DNA of 64,000 nt from Eledone cirrhosa (GCA_964016885.1 OZ024740.1:312790001-312854000), one strand, 5' to 3'. Positions 1 to 12,559 are shown, counted from the first letter of the stretch. Notes: generated by a model from the letters alone, not told the origin. A program made the numbers and translations.

Positions 1-236
1 GACAGTTTTCCAGCAAATTAAAATATCTGAAACACTTACTAGTGAACAGAGAAGCTAACTCATAACAAACTCCTCTTTCAGATATGGTTGATTATGCTTG
101 ATTTGATTAACTTATATTAGAATTGCAAACTACCCCCATTTCAGATATGGTCCACCATCTTTTTTTAACTTTTAGTGTTAGATCTTAAAATAAATGTTGA
201 ATTATTGCCTGATGCTTAAATTTTTCTCTTTTTTAG

Positions 237-392
237 TCTATACCAGAGAAAATTCAACCATATTGTTCATCAGGAAACAATCTTGATATTGTTGTACATT
301 ATCGAATTATTATCTCTACCTGTGTCAATGCTGGCATTTTGTACACCTATGGAATAAAACCTGGTCATTTCACGCACGTTTTTATTGATGAG
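237..392 (+). CDS. MOV10L1: MOV10L1-like RNA helicase, internal exon (motif Ib to Walker B, ...FTHVFIDE)
   Basis: ttttag|TCT..GAG|gtaag; SIPEKIQPYCSSGNNLDIVVHYRIIISTCVNAGILYTYGIKPGHFTHVFIDE; 156 bp, phase 0. Confidence 0.93.
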
Positions 393-685
393 GTAAGAAA
401 TTAAAGAAAAAATTTTCTGACTCTTTTGAAGTTCTGTTCCTGTATTGATTTATGTTTTTACAATATAAGTTCAATAGAACAGTGGTAAGCTCCTGGCAAA
501 CTAAGTCAGGAATAGCTGTTTATTACTTGAACATGTTATTATGATTCTAGTCAGTAGCTTAGAACATGCTGGGTTGTACCAGATTGACTTCCTCTTCTGA
601 TAGCATATGTAAATGAATCGTGGAAACTCGTCTTCATCGATTAATGTCTATCTTCCACGCTAGCATGGGTTAGACGGGAAACTTG

Positions 686-935
686 TTAATCTTTTTGATA
701 TCAACCCACCTGAAACCGCCCCTGGTTTTGTGATAAAAAGCTGCCCATTTTAAAGTTTTTATATTTAAATTTAAATCTTTCAAAATTTTATATAAGAATT
801 CTTTAAGTATTAGCTTCATCATGAAAAAGATAAGCTTTGTTACTAAATTCCCCCCAATTTTTCTTTATTTTCAAAATTAATTGAAACACTTGGGCCGTGT
901 GTGTTTCATTAGAAATATGGTCACAAAAGAGTTAA
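686..935. mobile_element. second TTAA-flanked MITE family (relatives ~27215-27446, 34637-34810, and inverted/split 43040-43650)
   Basis: TTAA(T/C)CTTT..AAAG(A/G)GTTAA ends and a shared internal ccattttaaa..gtttcattagaaat. Confidence 0.5.
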
Positions 936-1955
936 GGGATGTTTTACAAATTCTTATATTTTCATGAGGCAGCAAATTGGTAGAGTCATTAGAACATCAG
1001 ATAGAATATTTTGTGGTATTCTTTCTGTCTCTCTTCTCTCTGAGTTCAAATCCTGCCAAGATCAACTTTGCTTTTCATCCTTTCGAGGTAGATAAAAAAA
1101 AGTACCAGTCCAGTACTGGGATCGATTCTTCTATATCTCTTTTTCACTTTTATTCTCAATCCGTCTCTGGAAGAGATCTGCTGTGTTCAGACCTGGAGAG
1201 GGATGGGCTTCACCAAGCTTAAAAATGCCCAAGAAATGCTGTATGCCACTACAGTGCTTCTATGACCCTTTCAGGAGTTACGGGACCATACCAAACCATA
1301 TCATATTTTCATGAAATTTTAAACAAGTTTTTAATTTTTGTAGCTGACTGACCTTCCTATCATATAATCACTTAAGTGTAAAACGTAAGGTGACTTCTAT
1401 ACAACAGCTATTTGGACTGAGGCAAGTAGACATTTACCTTGTTTAAAGGAGCAGAACATTTTTGTTCAAGGGTAGACATTCCATAAATAGAATACAAATA
1501 AAATATTCAGTGTGGAGCAAATATCTAAAATGATTGATGAAAGACTGTGCTGTTGGCTGGCATATTGATCAATGACAAATTCAAATGTTGCTTCAGTCAC
1601 CATATTTCTCCCAGTCCAGCACATGCCCTGCCCTGCTGCCTTGCCTCAAGACTATTCACCACAGAAACCACGATAAGCACCGGCCTGATGAACATCCAGA
1701 CTTGAGACAGACTTTAGATGTTTCATGGTGAATCATTTCATCAGTTGTCACCTACTTAGAGCTAGGTGGACTAGGCTGTTCAAAGTTCTCTCTCATGGCC
1801 AGTACAACACTGTTGTCCAGAATTCTATCTAGTTGACCGTCTGGGGTTCTCTAAATAAGATATCTAACTGTGCCAGCATGGAAATCTGGATGGAAATTTA
1901 TATTTTTTGTTAGATATAATTCTATAACAACATCTTTGGCCTTTTCTTTTATTAG

Positions 1956-2021
1956 GCTGGACAAGCAACAGAACCAGAAAGTTTAATACCAATTGGACTT
2001 GTAGCTGGAACAGATGGACAG
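1956..2021 (+). CDS. MOV10L1: MOV10L1-like exon completing DEAGQ
   Basis: attag|GCT..CAG|gtgag; AGQATEPESLIPIGLVAGTDGQ. Confidence 0.93.
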
Positions 2022-2525
2022 GTGAGTGGTGATTGATTGACTTTATGGAAGTTGGAGAAATAACTCATTAGGGATTGGTTTATTATAATGAATTGACAGT
2101 ATTGGAAGAGCGTTGGACACCCTGCTTTGTGACATAGTTACGTCTCTTTGCATTTTGAGTTCAAATCTTGCTGAGGTTAGCTTTGCCTTTCAATAAAATA
2201 AAGTACCAGTAATGCACTAGGGTTGATTTAATCGACTTTTCCTTTCCCCTAAATTGTTGGCCTTGTGCCTGAATCAGAAACTATTATAATGAAGTTGAAA
2301 AGACAGTTGCATGCTTGATTGCTTTCAAGGTTGGGTTTGATATCCAAAGAAGCATGGTTGCTTCGTCTCTCTCCAGTCTAAGCATGACCTCTGCAGTTAC
2401 TTCACACTCTGCACACAGGCATCATACAGCTGTCCTTTTTATACATAGGGAGAAGCCTTTTGTTGTAAACATTTAGCTTTCCAAAATAATGATCATGTAT
2501 TTTGTGGTTTGGTTTTATGTTTCAG

Positions 2526-2690
2526 AGTATTCTTTCTGGAGATCCAGAGCAACTTGGTCCTATCTTACATTCTCCTCATGCCAAAGCTTATGGTTTGGAA
2601 CTTTCTTTCTTAGAAAGAATCATGGGAATGGATCTTTATTCCAGAGATGAAACCAAATTTGTCACTTCTGGATGTTTTGATCCAATGTTG
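2526..2690 (+). CDS. MOV10L1: MOV10L1-like exon (motif III GDPxQLGP)
   Basis: ttcag|AGT..TTG|gtaag; SILSGDPEQLGPILHSPHAKAYGLELSFLERIM...FDPML. Confidence 0.94.
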
Positions 2691-4149
2691 GTAAGTGTAT
2701 ATCTGGATTTATTACTGTTCAATGTTTTGACAGCAGAGTTATTTTGATATCCAGTAAGGATGATTGTCTTGGTAAAGAAGCAAAGTGTTAGCATCCAAGG
2801 ATACTGTCATATCCTTAGGCAAGTCATTTTACTCTTTTTGTCTGTCTCCTCATCATCATTATTACCATTTAACATTCATTTTTCCATGCTAGCTTGGGTT
2901 AGATAAGCTGTCCTGTTGTGAGACAAGCCAGATCAGATGATCATAACTTGCTCATACAGGACTGATTTTGGCTTGGCATTCTATGGCTGAATGCCCTTTC
3001 TAAAGCCAACCATATTTACAGTGTGTACTGGGCTCTTTTTGTTAGGACACCTTCATGACCACTTTCCAGTGTGGGGTGAGTGCTTTTTGTCATGGCACCA
3101 ACACAACTACTTTACAGTGTGGACTAGGCACTTTTTGTCATGGTACCAAAGCAATCACTTTACAGTGTGGACTGGGGTGGGGTGTTAGGACATGTGAGGT
3201 GTATGGAAGGGGAGAGGGAGGGAAAGGTAAAGGAAAATGGTGCATACTAGATTATGTTTCAACCTGTGGGAAGGTGGGTCTTCTGTATTACTGCATAATG
3301 CCAGAGATCTTGATCCTGTGTCATCGCCTTTGAAAGGTGTAATTTTACAAGCTCAACTTTTATTTATCTTAATCTGTTAAATCAGTAACTATTTATCCGA
3401 GATCCATTCTGTCCGTGTTTAATGAAAAGCTGATAGCAAAGTTTTCCATAGAAGAAACTTTGAGAGAAGATATTTCTTCATTATGCTAACCTAGAGTTTG
3501 GTATGTGTTGGTCTGTATAACTATGAAAGACAGGAAATAAATCTGGTGTGGGCAGTGAATTGGCAGAGGTTTTGCAGTATTTGTCCCAGCTCTACAAATC
3601 CTGCCAAGGTTAAATTTGCCTTTCATCTTTTCGAGGTTGATAAAAATAGGACCAGCCATTACTGGTGGCAATTCTTCCTCTATGTCTCTTTCTCACTTCC
3701 TCTTTATCTCTTTCTTACTTCCTCTCTATCATTCTTTCTCTCTCTTTCTCACTTCCTCTCTACCACTCTCTATCTCCCTCTCACTTCCTCTCTATCACTC
3801 TCTTCCTCTCTGGAAGAAATCAACTGTGTTCAGACATGGTGTTGTGACTGGTAGATAATATCAGCAAGCGAAAAAACCAATGAAAACCTTATTTTCTTGG
3901 TTCACTTGGACGAGTTCCACCCCACTCAGTAAGCAAGTGAGGTCTGGGATCTTGTCAATCGATTCCTAACTTGTAAGGTTATTGTGGAATCATTAAACAT
4001 TATACTTTGATCTTTGTACAGGTTTGGTGTAAAAGTTGTTAGGACTGCTGAACATTTTTGAATTTAATCTCTAAACAGAAGTGGCTCAATTGAGCCTCAC
4101 TTTTATTGTATAGTCACAGTAAATTCAATATTTTATATCTTCACTGTAG

Positions 4150-4323
4150 GTAACCAAGCTTATTTACAACTATCGCTCACATCCAGCTTTACTGCACCTC
4201 CCATCACTTCTATTCTATGCCAATGAGTTGGAGGTGAAGGCAGACAAGACACTTACTCACAGCCTTTGTGGATGGAAGCCATTACCTAACAAGACAGTGC
4301 CAATACTTTTTCATGGAATTCGT
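4150..4323 (+). CDS. MOV10L1: MOV10L1-like exon (NYRSH motif)
   Basis: tgtag|GTA..CGT|gtaag; [29 protein letters not shown]...PILFHGIR. Confidence 0.94.
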
Positions 4324-4646
4324 GTAAGTAATTTTCTATTTAAACCTACTTGATATTGACTTGTGAGACCAGTTAATAATTAGGAATAAAAAAACACAAC
4401 AGATTAAGCTGTAAGATCACATGATTCTGATTTCACCAATTAACCTTGGGATAAAGCATACCATTCTTTGTTTTAGTTTCCTTATTATTAAGTTCCACTT
4501 TAAGCCCAGTTGAACATTTATCTCTGCAAATAATTGACATGTTATTAAATTGACAAACTGGTATAAATGTTTAATCTGATTCTATGAGGAATTTACTGAT
4601 TCTTTCAGTATCAACTTTTCTTCACCTTTTACTTTCATATTTTTAG

Positions 4647-4796
4647 GGTGAAGATTTAAGGGAAGGCAACTGTCCTTCATGGTTCAATCCCTTTGAGACT
4701 GTACAAGTAGTGAGATATTTACAAGGCCTTTTGTCTGAATACAGCACTTATTTGACAGAAGATGATATTGGCATCATTACTCCTTACAGAAAACAG
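4647..4796 (+). CDS. MOV10L1: MOV10L1-like exon (SWFNP; IGIITPYRKQ)
   Basis: ttttag|GGT..CAG|gtatg; GEDLREGNCPSWFNPFETVQVVRY...DIGIITPYRKQ. Confidence 0.94.
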
Positions 4797-5409
4797 GTAT
4801 GTTGTTAGAATTTTAACTATTTCCCTGATGTTTGCTTTAACATTTTATAGGATGGCCTTGTTAGTGAAGCTAGTGTATTCTTGTTCAGTTCCCACTTGAT
4901 AAACCAAAGTAACTTTGAATGAATTGTCCTTTAATATATGCAAACTGTTATAATTCTTGAGATGCCTGTCATCATCATTGTTTAACGTCTATTTTCCATA
5001 CTGGTATGGGTTAGATGGGTTGTCCCATTTGAGGCAAGTTGGATCAAGTGACCGTGTCTTGCTCATTTAGAACCATTTCTGGATTGGTTTCTACAGCTGG
5101 ATGCCCTTCCTAATGCCTACCACATTACAGTGTGGGCTGGGTGTTTTTTGTCATGGTACCAAAACGACCACTTTACTGTGGGCTGGGTGCTTTTTGTTGT
5201 GACTCCTACATGACCACTTTACAGTATGGGCTGGAGGGATGGAGGTGAAGATGGCGCATACTAGATGTATGCTTCAGCCTGTGCTCATAGGAAGGTGGGT
5301 CTTCTGCATAACGCCAGGGATCTCAGTCCAGTGTCAGCTCTACTAAGTATATTTCATGTGAATGTAATCAGTGAAATGTTCACATATAGCCAACTAACAG
5401 GGGCCAAAT

Positions 5410-6320
5410 TGTTATACTTGGATTGTTATACTTGGGCTATTATTATGCTTGGGTTATACTTGGGCTGTTGTACTTGGGTTATACTTGGGCTGTTGTACTT
5501 GGGTTATACTTGGGTTGTTATACTTGGGTTGTTGTACTTGGGTTATACTTGGGCTATACTTGGGCTGTTGTACTTGGGTTATACTTGGGCTGTTGTACTT
5601 GGGTTATACTTAGGCTTTTGTACTTGGGTTGTTATACTTGGGTTGTTGTACTTGGGTTATACTTGGGCTGTTGTACTTGGGTTGTTATACTTGGGTTATA
5701 CTTGGGCTGTTGTACTTGGGTTATACTTAGGCTTTTGTACTTGGGTTATAGTTGGGTTGTTATACTTGGGTTGTTGTATTTGGGTTATACTTGGGCTGTT
5801 GTACTTGGGTTGTTATACTTGGGTTATACTTGGGCTGTTGTACTTGGGTTATATTTAGGCTTTTGTACTTGGGTTATAGTTGGGTTGTTATACTTGGGCT
5901 GTTGTACTTGGGTTATACTTGGGCTGTTGTACTTGGGTTATACTTAGGCTTTTGTACTTGGGTTATAGTTGGGTTGTTATACTTGGGTTCTTGTACTTGG
6001 GTTGTTATACTTGGGTTATACTTGGGTTGTTACACTGGGTTATACTTGGATTGTTATACTTTGGCTGTTATACTTGGGCAGTCATTATAGATTACATTGT
6101 ATATTATTTTATCTACAACATTATGTGTGTATGTTTGTGTTTGTTGTTGTTTAGCTACAGATTAACCCCGATCAGGCAAACCTATGATGAAAGGCATTTT
6201 AGTTGTGACTATCCCAGCCTTTTCCTGGGTTATACTTGGGTTGTTACACTGGGTTATACTTGGATTGTTATATTTGGGTTGTAATACTAGGGCTCTTATA
6301 CTTGGCTTGTTATACTCAGG
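5410..6320 (+). repeat. 11-14 bp minisatellite (ACTTGGGTTAT / ACTTGGGCTGTTGT)
   Basis: Direct tandem repeats inside MOV10L1 intron 4797-9622. Confidence 0.95.
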
Positions 6321-6449
6321 TTATTGTATTGTTTCTGATGTGTTAAGGTTACTATGTCAGTTGTATGGTTTGCTTTGTTGTGTGTATGTTAGGCAGAGGA
6401 GTGTTATGTGTGCCATGTGTTGGGCTAGATATTTTGGGGACTGTTAAGT

Positions 6450-9400
6450 TGTGTCATGTGGGCAGTATGGTGGCCAAAGTTCCATGTAGGCAGTTTGTTG
6501 GCCAGAGTGCTATATGGGCAATTTGTTGGCCAGAGTGTCATGTGGGCAGTGTGTTGGCCAGTATGTTATGTGGACTGTGTTGGCCAGAGTGCCATGTGGG
6601 CAGTATGTTGGGAAGTGCTGTAGGGGCTGTATGTTGGCCAGAGTGCCACAAAGGCTGTATGTTGGCCAGAGTGCAATCTGGGCAGTGTGTTGGCCAGAGT
6701 GTCATGTAGGCAGTGTGTTAGGCAGTCATGTGAGCAGTGTATTGGCCAGAGTGTCATGTGGGCTGTATGTTAGCCAGAGAGTGTCATGTGGGCTGTATGT
6801 TAGCCAGAGAGTGTCATGTTGGCTGTATGTTAGCCAGAGAGTGTCATGTGGGCTGTATGTTAGCCAGAGAGTGTCATGTGGGCTGTATGTTAGCCAGAGT
6901 GTCATGTGGGCTGTATGTTGGCCAGTATGTCATGTGGGGTGTGTTGGCCAAAGTGCAATCTGGGCAGTGTGTTGGCCAGAGTGTCATGTGGGCAGTGTGT
7001 TAGCCAGAGTGTCATGTGGGCAGTGTGTTAGCCAGAGTGTCATGTGGGCTGTATGTTAGCCAGAGTGTCATGTGGGCTGTATGTTAGCCAGAGTGTCATG
7101 TGGGCTGTATGTTATCCAGAGTGTCATGTGGGCTGTATGTTGGCCAGAGTGTCATGTGGGCTGTATGTTGGCCAGTATGTCATGTGGGGTGTATGTTGGC
7201 CAGAGTGCAATCTGGGCAGTGTGTTGGCCAGTGTGTCATGTGGGCAGTGTGTTGGCCAGAGTGTCATGTGGGCAGTGTGTCGGCCAGAGTGTCATGTGGG
7301 CAGTGTGTCGGCCAGAGTGTCATGTGGGCAGTGTGTTGGCCAGAGTGTCATGTGAGCAGTGTGTTAGCCAGTGTGTCATGTGGGCTGTATGTTATCCAGA
7401 GTGTCATGTGGGCTGTATGTTGGCCAGAGTGTCATGTGGGCAGTGTGTTGGCCAGTGTGTCATGTGGGTAGTATGTTGGCCAGAGTGTCATGTGGGCTGT
7501 ATGTTGGCCAGTATGTCATGTGGGGTATGTTGGCCAGAGTGCAATCTAGGCAGTGTTGGCCAGAGTGTCATGTGGGCAGTGTGTTGGCCAGTGTCATGTG
7601 GGCTGTATGTTATCCAGAGTGTCATGTGGGCTGTATGTTGGTCAGAGTGTCATGTGGGCAGTGTGTTAGCCAGTGTCATGTGGGCTGTATGTTATCCAGA
7701 GTGTCATGTGGGCTGTATGTTGGTCAGAGTGTCATGTGGGCAGTGTGTTGGCCAGTGCGCTATATGGGCAATTTGTTGGCCAGAGTGTCATGTGGGCTGT
7801 ATGTTGGCCAGAGTGTCATGTGGGCAGTGTGTTGGCCAGAGTGCTATATGGGCAATTTGTTGGCTTGAGTGTCATGTGGGCAGTGTGTTGGCCAGAGTGC
7901 CATGTGGGCAGTATGTTGGGAAGTGCTGTAGGGGCTGTATGTTGGCCAGAGTGCCACAAAGGCTGTATGTTGGCCAGAGTGCAATCTGGGCAGTGTGTTG
8001 GCCAGAGTGTCATGTAGGCAGTGTGTTAGCCAGAGTGTCATGTGGGCAGTGTGTTGGCCAGAGTGTCATGTAGGCAGTGTGTTAGCCAGTGTCATGTGAG
8101 CAGTGTATTGGCCAGAGTGTCATGTGGGCTGTATGTTAGCCAGAGTGTCATGTGGGCTGTATGTTAGCCAGAGTGTCATGTGGGCTGTATGTTAGCCAGA
8201 GTGTCATGTGGGCTGTATGTTGGTCAGAGTGTCATGTGGGCAGTGTGTTGGCCAAAGTGCAATCTGGGCAGTGTGTTGGCCAGAGTGTCATGTAGGCAGT
8301 GTGTTGGCCAGAGTGTCATGTGGGCAGTGTGTTAGCCAGAGTGTCATGTGGGCAGTGTGTTAGCCAGAGTGTCATGTGGGCAGTGTGTTAGCCAGAGTGT
8401 CATGTGGGCAGTGTGTTAGCCAGAGTGTCATGTGGGCAGTGTGTTAGCCAGAGTGTCATGTGGGCAGTGTGTTAGCCAGAGTGTCATGTGGGCTGTATGT
8501 TAGCCAGAGTGTCATGTGGGCTGTATGTTGGCCAGTATGTCATGTGGGGTGTGTTGGCCAAAGTGCAATCTGGGCAGTGTGTTGGCCAGAGTGTCATGTG
8601 GGCAGTGTGTTAGCCAGAGTGTCATGTGGGGTATGTTGGCCAGAGTGTCATGTGGGCAGTGTGTTGGCCAGTGTGTCATGTGGGCAGTGTGTTGGCCAGT
8701 GTGTCATGTGGGCAGTGTGTTGGCCAGAGTGTCATGTGGGCTGTATGTTGGCCAGTATGTCATGTGGGGTATGTCGGCCAGAGTGTCATGTGGGCAGTGT
8801 TGGCCAGAGTGTCATGTGGGGTGTGTTGGCCAGAGTGTCATGTGGGCTGTATGTTAGCCAGAGTGTCATGTGGGTTGTATGTTGGCCAGAGTGTCATGTG
8901 GGCTGTATGTTAGCCAGAGTGTCATGTGGGCTGTATGTTGGCCAGTATGTCATGTGGGCAGTGTGTTGGCCAGTATGTCATGTGGGGTGTGTTGGCCAGA
9001 GTGTCATGTAGGCAGTGTGTTGGCCAGAGTGTCATGTGGGCTGTATGTTAGCCAGAGTGTCATGTGGGCTGTATGTTGGCCAGAGTGTCATGTGGGCTGT
9101 ATGTTAGCCAGTGTCATGTGGGTTGTATGTTGGCCAGTGTGTCATGTGGGCTGTATGTTGGCCAGTATGTCATGTGGGCAGTGTGTTGACCAGAGTGTCA
9201 TGTGGGCAGTGTGTTGGCCAGAGTGTCATGTAGGCAGTGTGTTGGCCAGAGTGTCATGTGGGCAGTGTGTTGGCCAGTATGTCATGTGGGGTGTGTTGGC
9301 CAGAGTGTCATGTAGGCAGTGTGTTGACCAGAGTGTCATGTGGGCTGTATGTTGAGCAGTGCTGTGTGGGCTGTATGTTGAGCAGTGCTGTGTGGGCTGT

Positions 9401-9502
9401 ATGTTGAGCAGTGCTGTGTGGGCTGTATGTTTGCCAGGGTGTCATGGGGGCTGTATGTTGGACATTGCTGTGTGGGCTGTATGTTGGCCAGAGTGTCATG
9501 TG
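6450..9502 (+). repeat. ~3-kb 28-bp minisatellite (GCCAGAGTGTCATGTGGGC[A/T]GT[G/A]TGTT[G/A])
   Basis: About 100 tandem units, same intron. Confidence 0.97.
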
Positions 9503-9622
9503 GTTTTAATGTATTTGGATTTTTGCTGTTTGGCTTTTGTTTTAATATTTTTCTGGTTAAGTTTGTTTTCCTTTCTACATTTAACCCTACAATTACTAAA
9601 CAGTGTTTTACTGTTGTTACAG

Positions 9623-9730
9623 GTAGAGAAGATCCGTATGTTACTGTCTCACCTTGGCCGAGATTCTGTGAAAGTTGGTTCTGTTGAAGAGTTTCAAGGT
9701 CAAGAACGAAAGGCAATAATAGTTTCAACA
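9623..9730 (+). CDS. MOV10L1: MOV10L1-like exon (motif V GSVEEFQGQE)
   Basis: tacag|GTA..ACA|gtaag; VEKIRMLLSHLGRDSVKVGSVEEFQGQERKAIIVST. Confidence 0.94.
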
Positions 9731-11122
9731 GTAAGTATTATTACTACTACTACTGATGGTATGATATAAGGTAAAATTGATCTCGTTGAGATTTTGAACT
9801 TGGAGCGGAGACAGTTGAATGAATACCACAAAGCAGTCTATCAACGTTCTAATGAATCTGCCAATTCGTGTCTTTTACAAGTACGATATAGACACATTTT
9901 TTTTTTTTTTTTGTGTATATATATATATAGTTTATTTACAATAGTTTATAACTTTGCCTATTAATCCGTATGGTGAGCAAATGGGGTCCGACGTACTGGC
10001 CTCCCCACAGCCCCGGTGGACAGGATGGAGAAGGCGTTTCCCTGGAGGATGGTAAGGGAGATGCGCTGGACGAGCCATTCCAACTCGCAAGGCTCACACC
10101 TGCGGCTGGCTAGCTCAGCGCTTATGGTGGTGAATAGGGAGATTATTGTGGAGGTGTGTGGCTTTGTGGTAAGGGTGTTGGACTTACAATCATAATGTGG
10201 GTTCAATTCATGGACTGGGTTGTGTTGTCTTGAGCAAAGCTCTTCATTTCATGTGAAAAACTCAGAACATCAAACAAAAAACCTCATGATAGTTGTTCTG
10301 GACCTTTACATTCTGAGTTCAACTTTACTTTTCATCTAGTCTTGGTTGATAAAGTAAAATACCAATGAAGTAATGGGACCAATATAATTGACTATTTCCT
10401 ACCTGACTTTATTTCAATTAGTTTGATTTCTGATTGGTATGGATATGCAAGGATTGCAGATTGCTATTGTTTTATAGCCATATATTAACACTAATCAAGA
10501 AGACCTCTGACCAAAGTTATTCCAGCTATGACTATCCTGTCTTTTTAGGGGTATGTAGGACTACACTGTCTCCTGTCCTTAGCATATACAACTGTAAAAG
10601 GTGAAAGATTTATCTTTTCAGAGTGAGGAGAAATCGGCCTTTGGTTTTCATTTTCAGACTGTAAATTGTAATTTGAGAGAAATTTGGCTACCATTTCTAG
10701 CAAGTTAAGCAACCACATGAGGCACCCTTGCTGGCTCCTCAACAGAGTGGATATTAGCTACAGTAATGGTAGTAATATGGACAAGTCATAGTAGTTAGTA
10801 AAGTAGATAGTAGTGATGGTGGCAGCTTAAATTAAAATGTTTACGTTAATAACTAGCAGGAGACACAGGGGCAGACCCTGAGCAAGATGGGTGGATAACA
10901 TCCATGTGCTTAGCTGGTCTCACTTGGAGATCCAGCTGGATCAGTCGGAGACAGTTGCTTATGACAAGACTCACTGGAAGGAGTGTTTGACGACTCTGCC
11001 CTCACAACCCTGTCAGGAATATGTGGGAGAAGAAGTTAATATTTTGTTGTGATATCATTAAAACGAAACTCTTGTTTTTGAATTTGAATGAATTTAATTT
11101 AATATCTTCCATTCCCTCACAG

Positions 11123-11263
11123 GTTCGTACCAACGAAGAACTTCTGAGCTTTGATCGGCGCCACATTTTGGGTTTCCTTTGCAACCCCAAGCGATTCAAT
11201 GTGTGTATTACTCGTGCTCAAGCTCTACTCGTAATTATAGGCAACCCTTATGTCTTGATGCAT
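11123..11263 (+). CDS. MOV10L1: MOV10L1-like exon (motif VI RFNVxITRA)
   Basis: cacag|GTT..CAT|gtaag; [47 protein letters not shown]. Confidence 0.94.
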
Positions 11264-12460
11264 GTAAGTAACCACAAATTTCTTGTTATTATGCTACTGT
11301 AGATTATGTTATTATGGCGGCAGAGCGTCGGACAACATGCTTTATGGCATAATTACAGCCCTTTATGTTCTGAGTTCAAATCCCGCTGAAGTTAGCTTTG
11401 CCTTTCAACCTCATGGGGTCAATTAAATAAAGTATCAGTAATGTACTAGGGTCAATTTAATTGACTTTCCCCTCCTCTTCAAATTACTGGCCTTGTGCCT
11501 AAATCAGAAACCATTATTATGCTACTGTTAGTTTTACATTTGTGAATCTCTCATAGCCTGATGATGTTCTTCTGGATATGAGAATTCGGGACATAGGTTT
11601 AATCAGTGTTTAGTCAGGGAGAAAAGGTCAGCCCACATGACACTTCTCTGAGATTGGTGAGATGGAGGAAGGAAGGTATCCTCAAACTAGAGACCTGGCC
11701 CAAATGCTTGCAACAGAGTGAACTCTGCTAAAGGCATCTAAGGCCCAAGGTGGTGGTGTTAACTTCGGCAACTGCTTAGAGTGCAGGAAACATAGTAATG
11801 AGTTAAAACTTTGTTATATTCACTATTTTTTGTGTCTGAACAAATGCCATAGCTGTATATATCTCAGTTTTCATGGCTGAAAGCAGGTCTCGCTCCTGCT
11901 TAAAAATTATATAATTAGCAGTAGGAAGAGCATCTATTTATAAAACTAATTGCTCTAACAATATGCAAATATCCAAATATGCCAAAAAAAGCATCCTCCC
12001 CTCTCCCCCAAAACACCCCTATTCATGCTGGCACAGAGAAATGGATGTAAAACAAAACATAAATTGAAGAACTTCCAGAATGATGTAATTGTGGGCAAGG
12101 ATTGCACCTATTTTTTTTTTTTTTTTGTGTGTGTATTGAGATGTTATGTTGTAAAGTAAAAATGATGGGTTAATGAGAGTAGTACAATAAAACAGTTTGA
12201 TTGAGGTTATGAAGCAGGTTGGTACTTCGTCAAAAAGAGGCCAGTCCACGCTGTAAAGTGGTCATTTTGGTACCATGACAAAAAGTACCCAGTGCACACT
12301 GTAAAGTGGTCGTTTTGGAGCCATGACAAAAAGTGCCCAGTCCACTCTGTAAAGTGGTCGTTTTGGTGCCACAACAAAAAGCACCCAGTCCACACTGTAA
12401 ATTGGAACAACTAACCTTGTGCCTCTATTAAAAATTATTGTTGTTTTATATATTTTTCAG

Positions 12461-12559
12461 GATTTCTATTGGTTAACGTTACTGAAGTATTGTGTAGAGA
12501 ATGATGCTTACATTGGCTGTGAACTTCCCGAGAAAGTAACTGCAGCGTGTGATTCCTGA
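12461..12559 (+). CDS. MOV10L1: MOV10L1-like terminal coding exon with stop
   Basis: tttcag|GAT..TGA; DFYWLTLLKYCVENDAYIGCELPEKVTAACDS*, matching the LLxYxxxNxxYxGC tail of MOV10-family proteins. Confidence 0.88.
   Translation, partial: DFYWLTLLKYCVENDAYIGCELPEKVTAACDS

Noticed and set aside
5410-6320. Interstitial telomeric repeat
   Set aside because: Units are 11-14 bp containing TTGGG, not tandem TTAGGG or TTAGG.
5265-9500. Many overlapping ORFs (LGYTW.., WPECHVG..)
   Set aside because: Minisatellite translations inside a MOV10L1 intron, with no splice or homology support.
6450-9502. CRISPR-like 28-bp repeat array
   Set aside because: Head-to-tail units with no unique spacers, no cas genes, and a eukaryotic intron context.
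11315-11400. tRNA genes at GAGTTCAAATCC motifs
   Set aside because: These are SINE heads followed by the SINE core; no cloverleaf.
237-12559. Assignment as UPF1 or MOV10
   Set aside because: DEAGQ, SFLER, RDE..F...G...P.LVTKL, SWFNP.E.VQV and YRKQVEKIR match MOV10L1 best from memory; a phylogeny would confirm.
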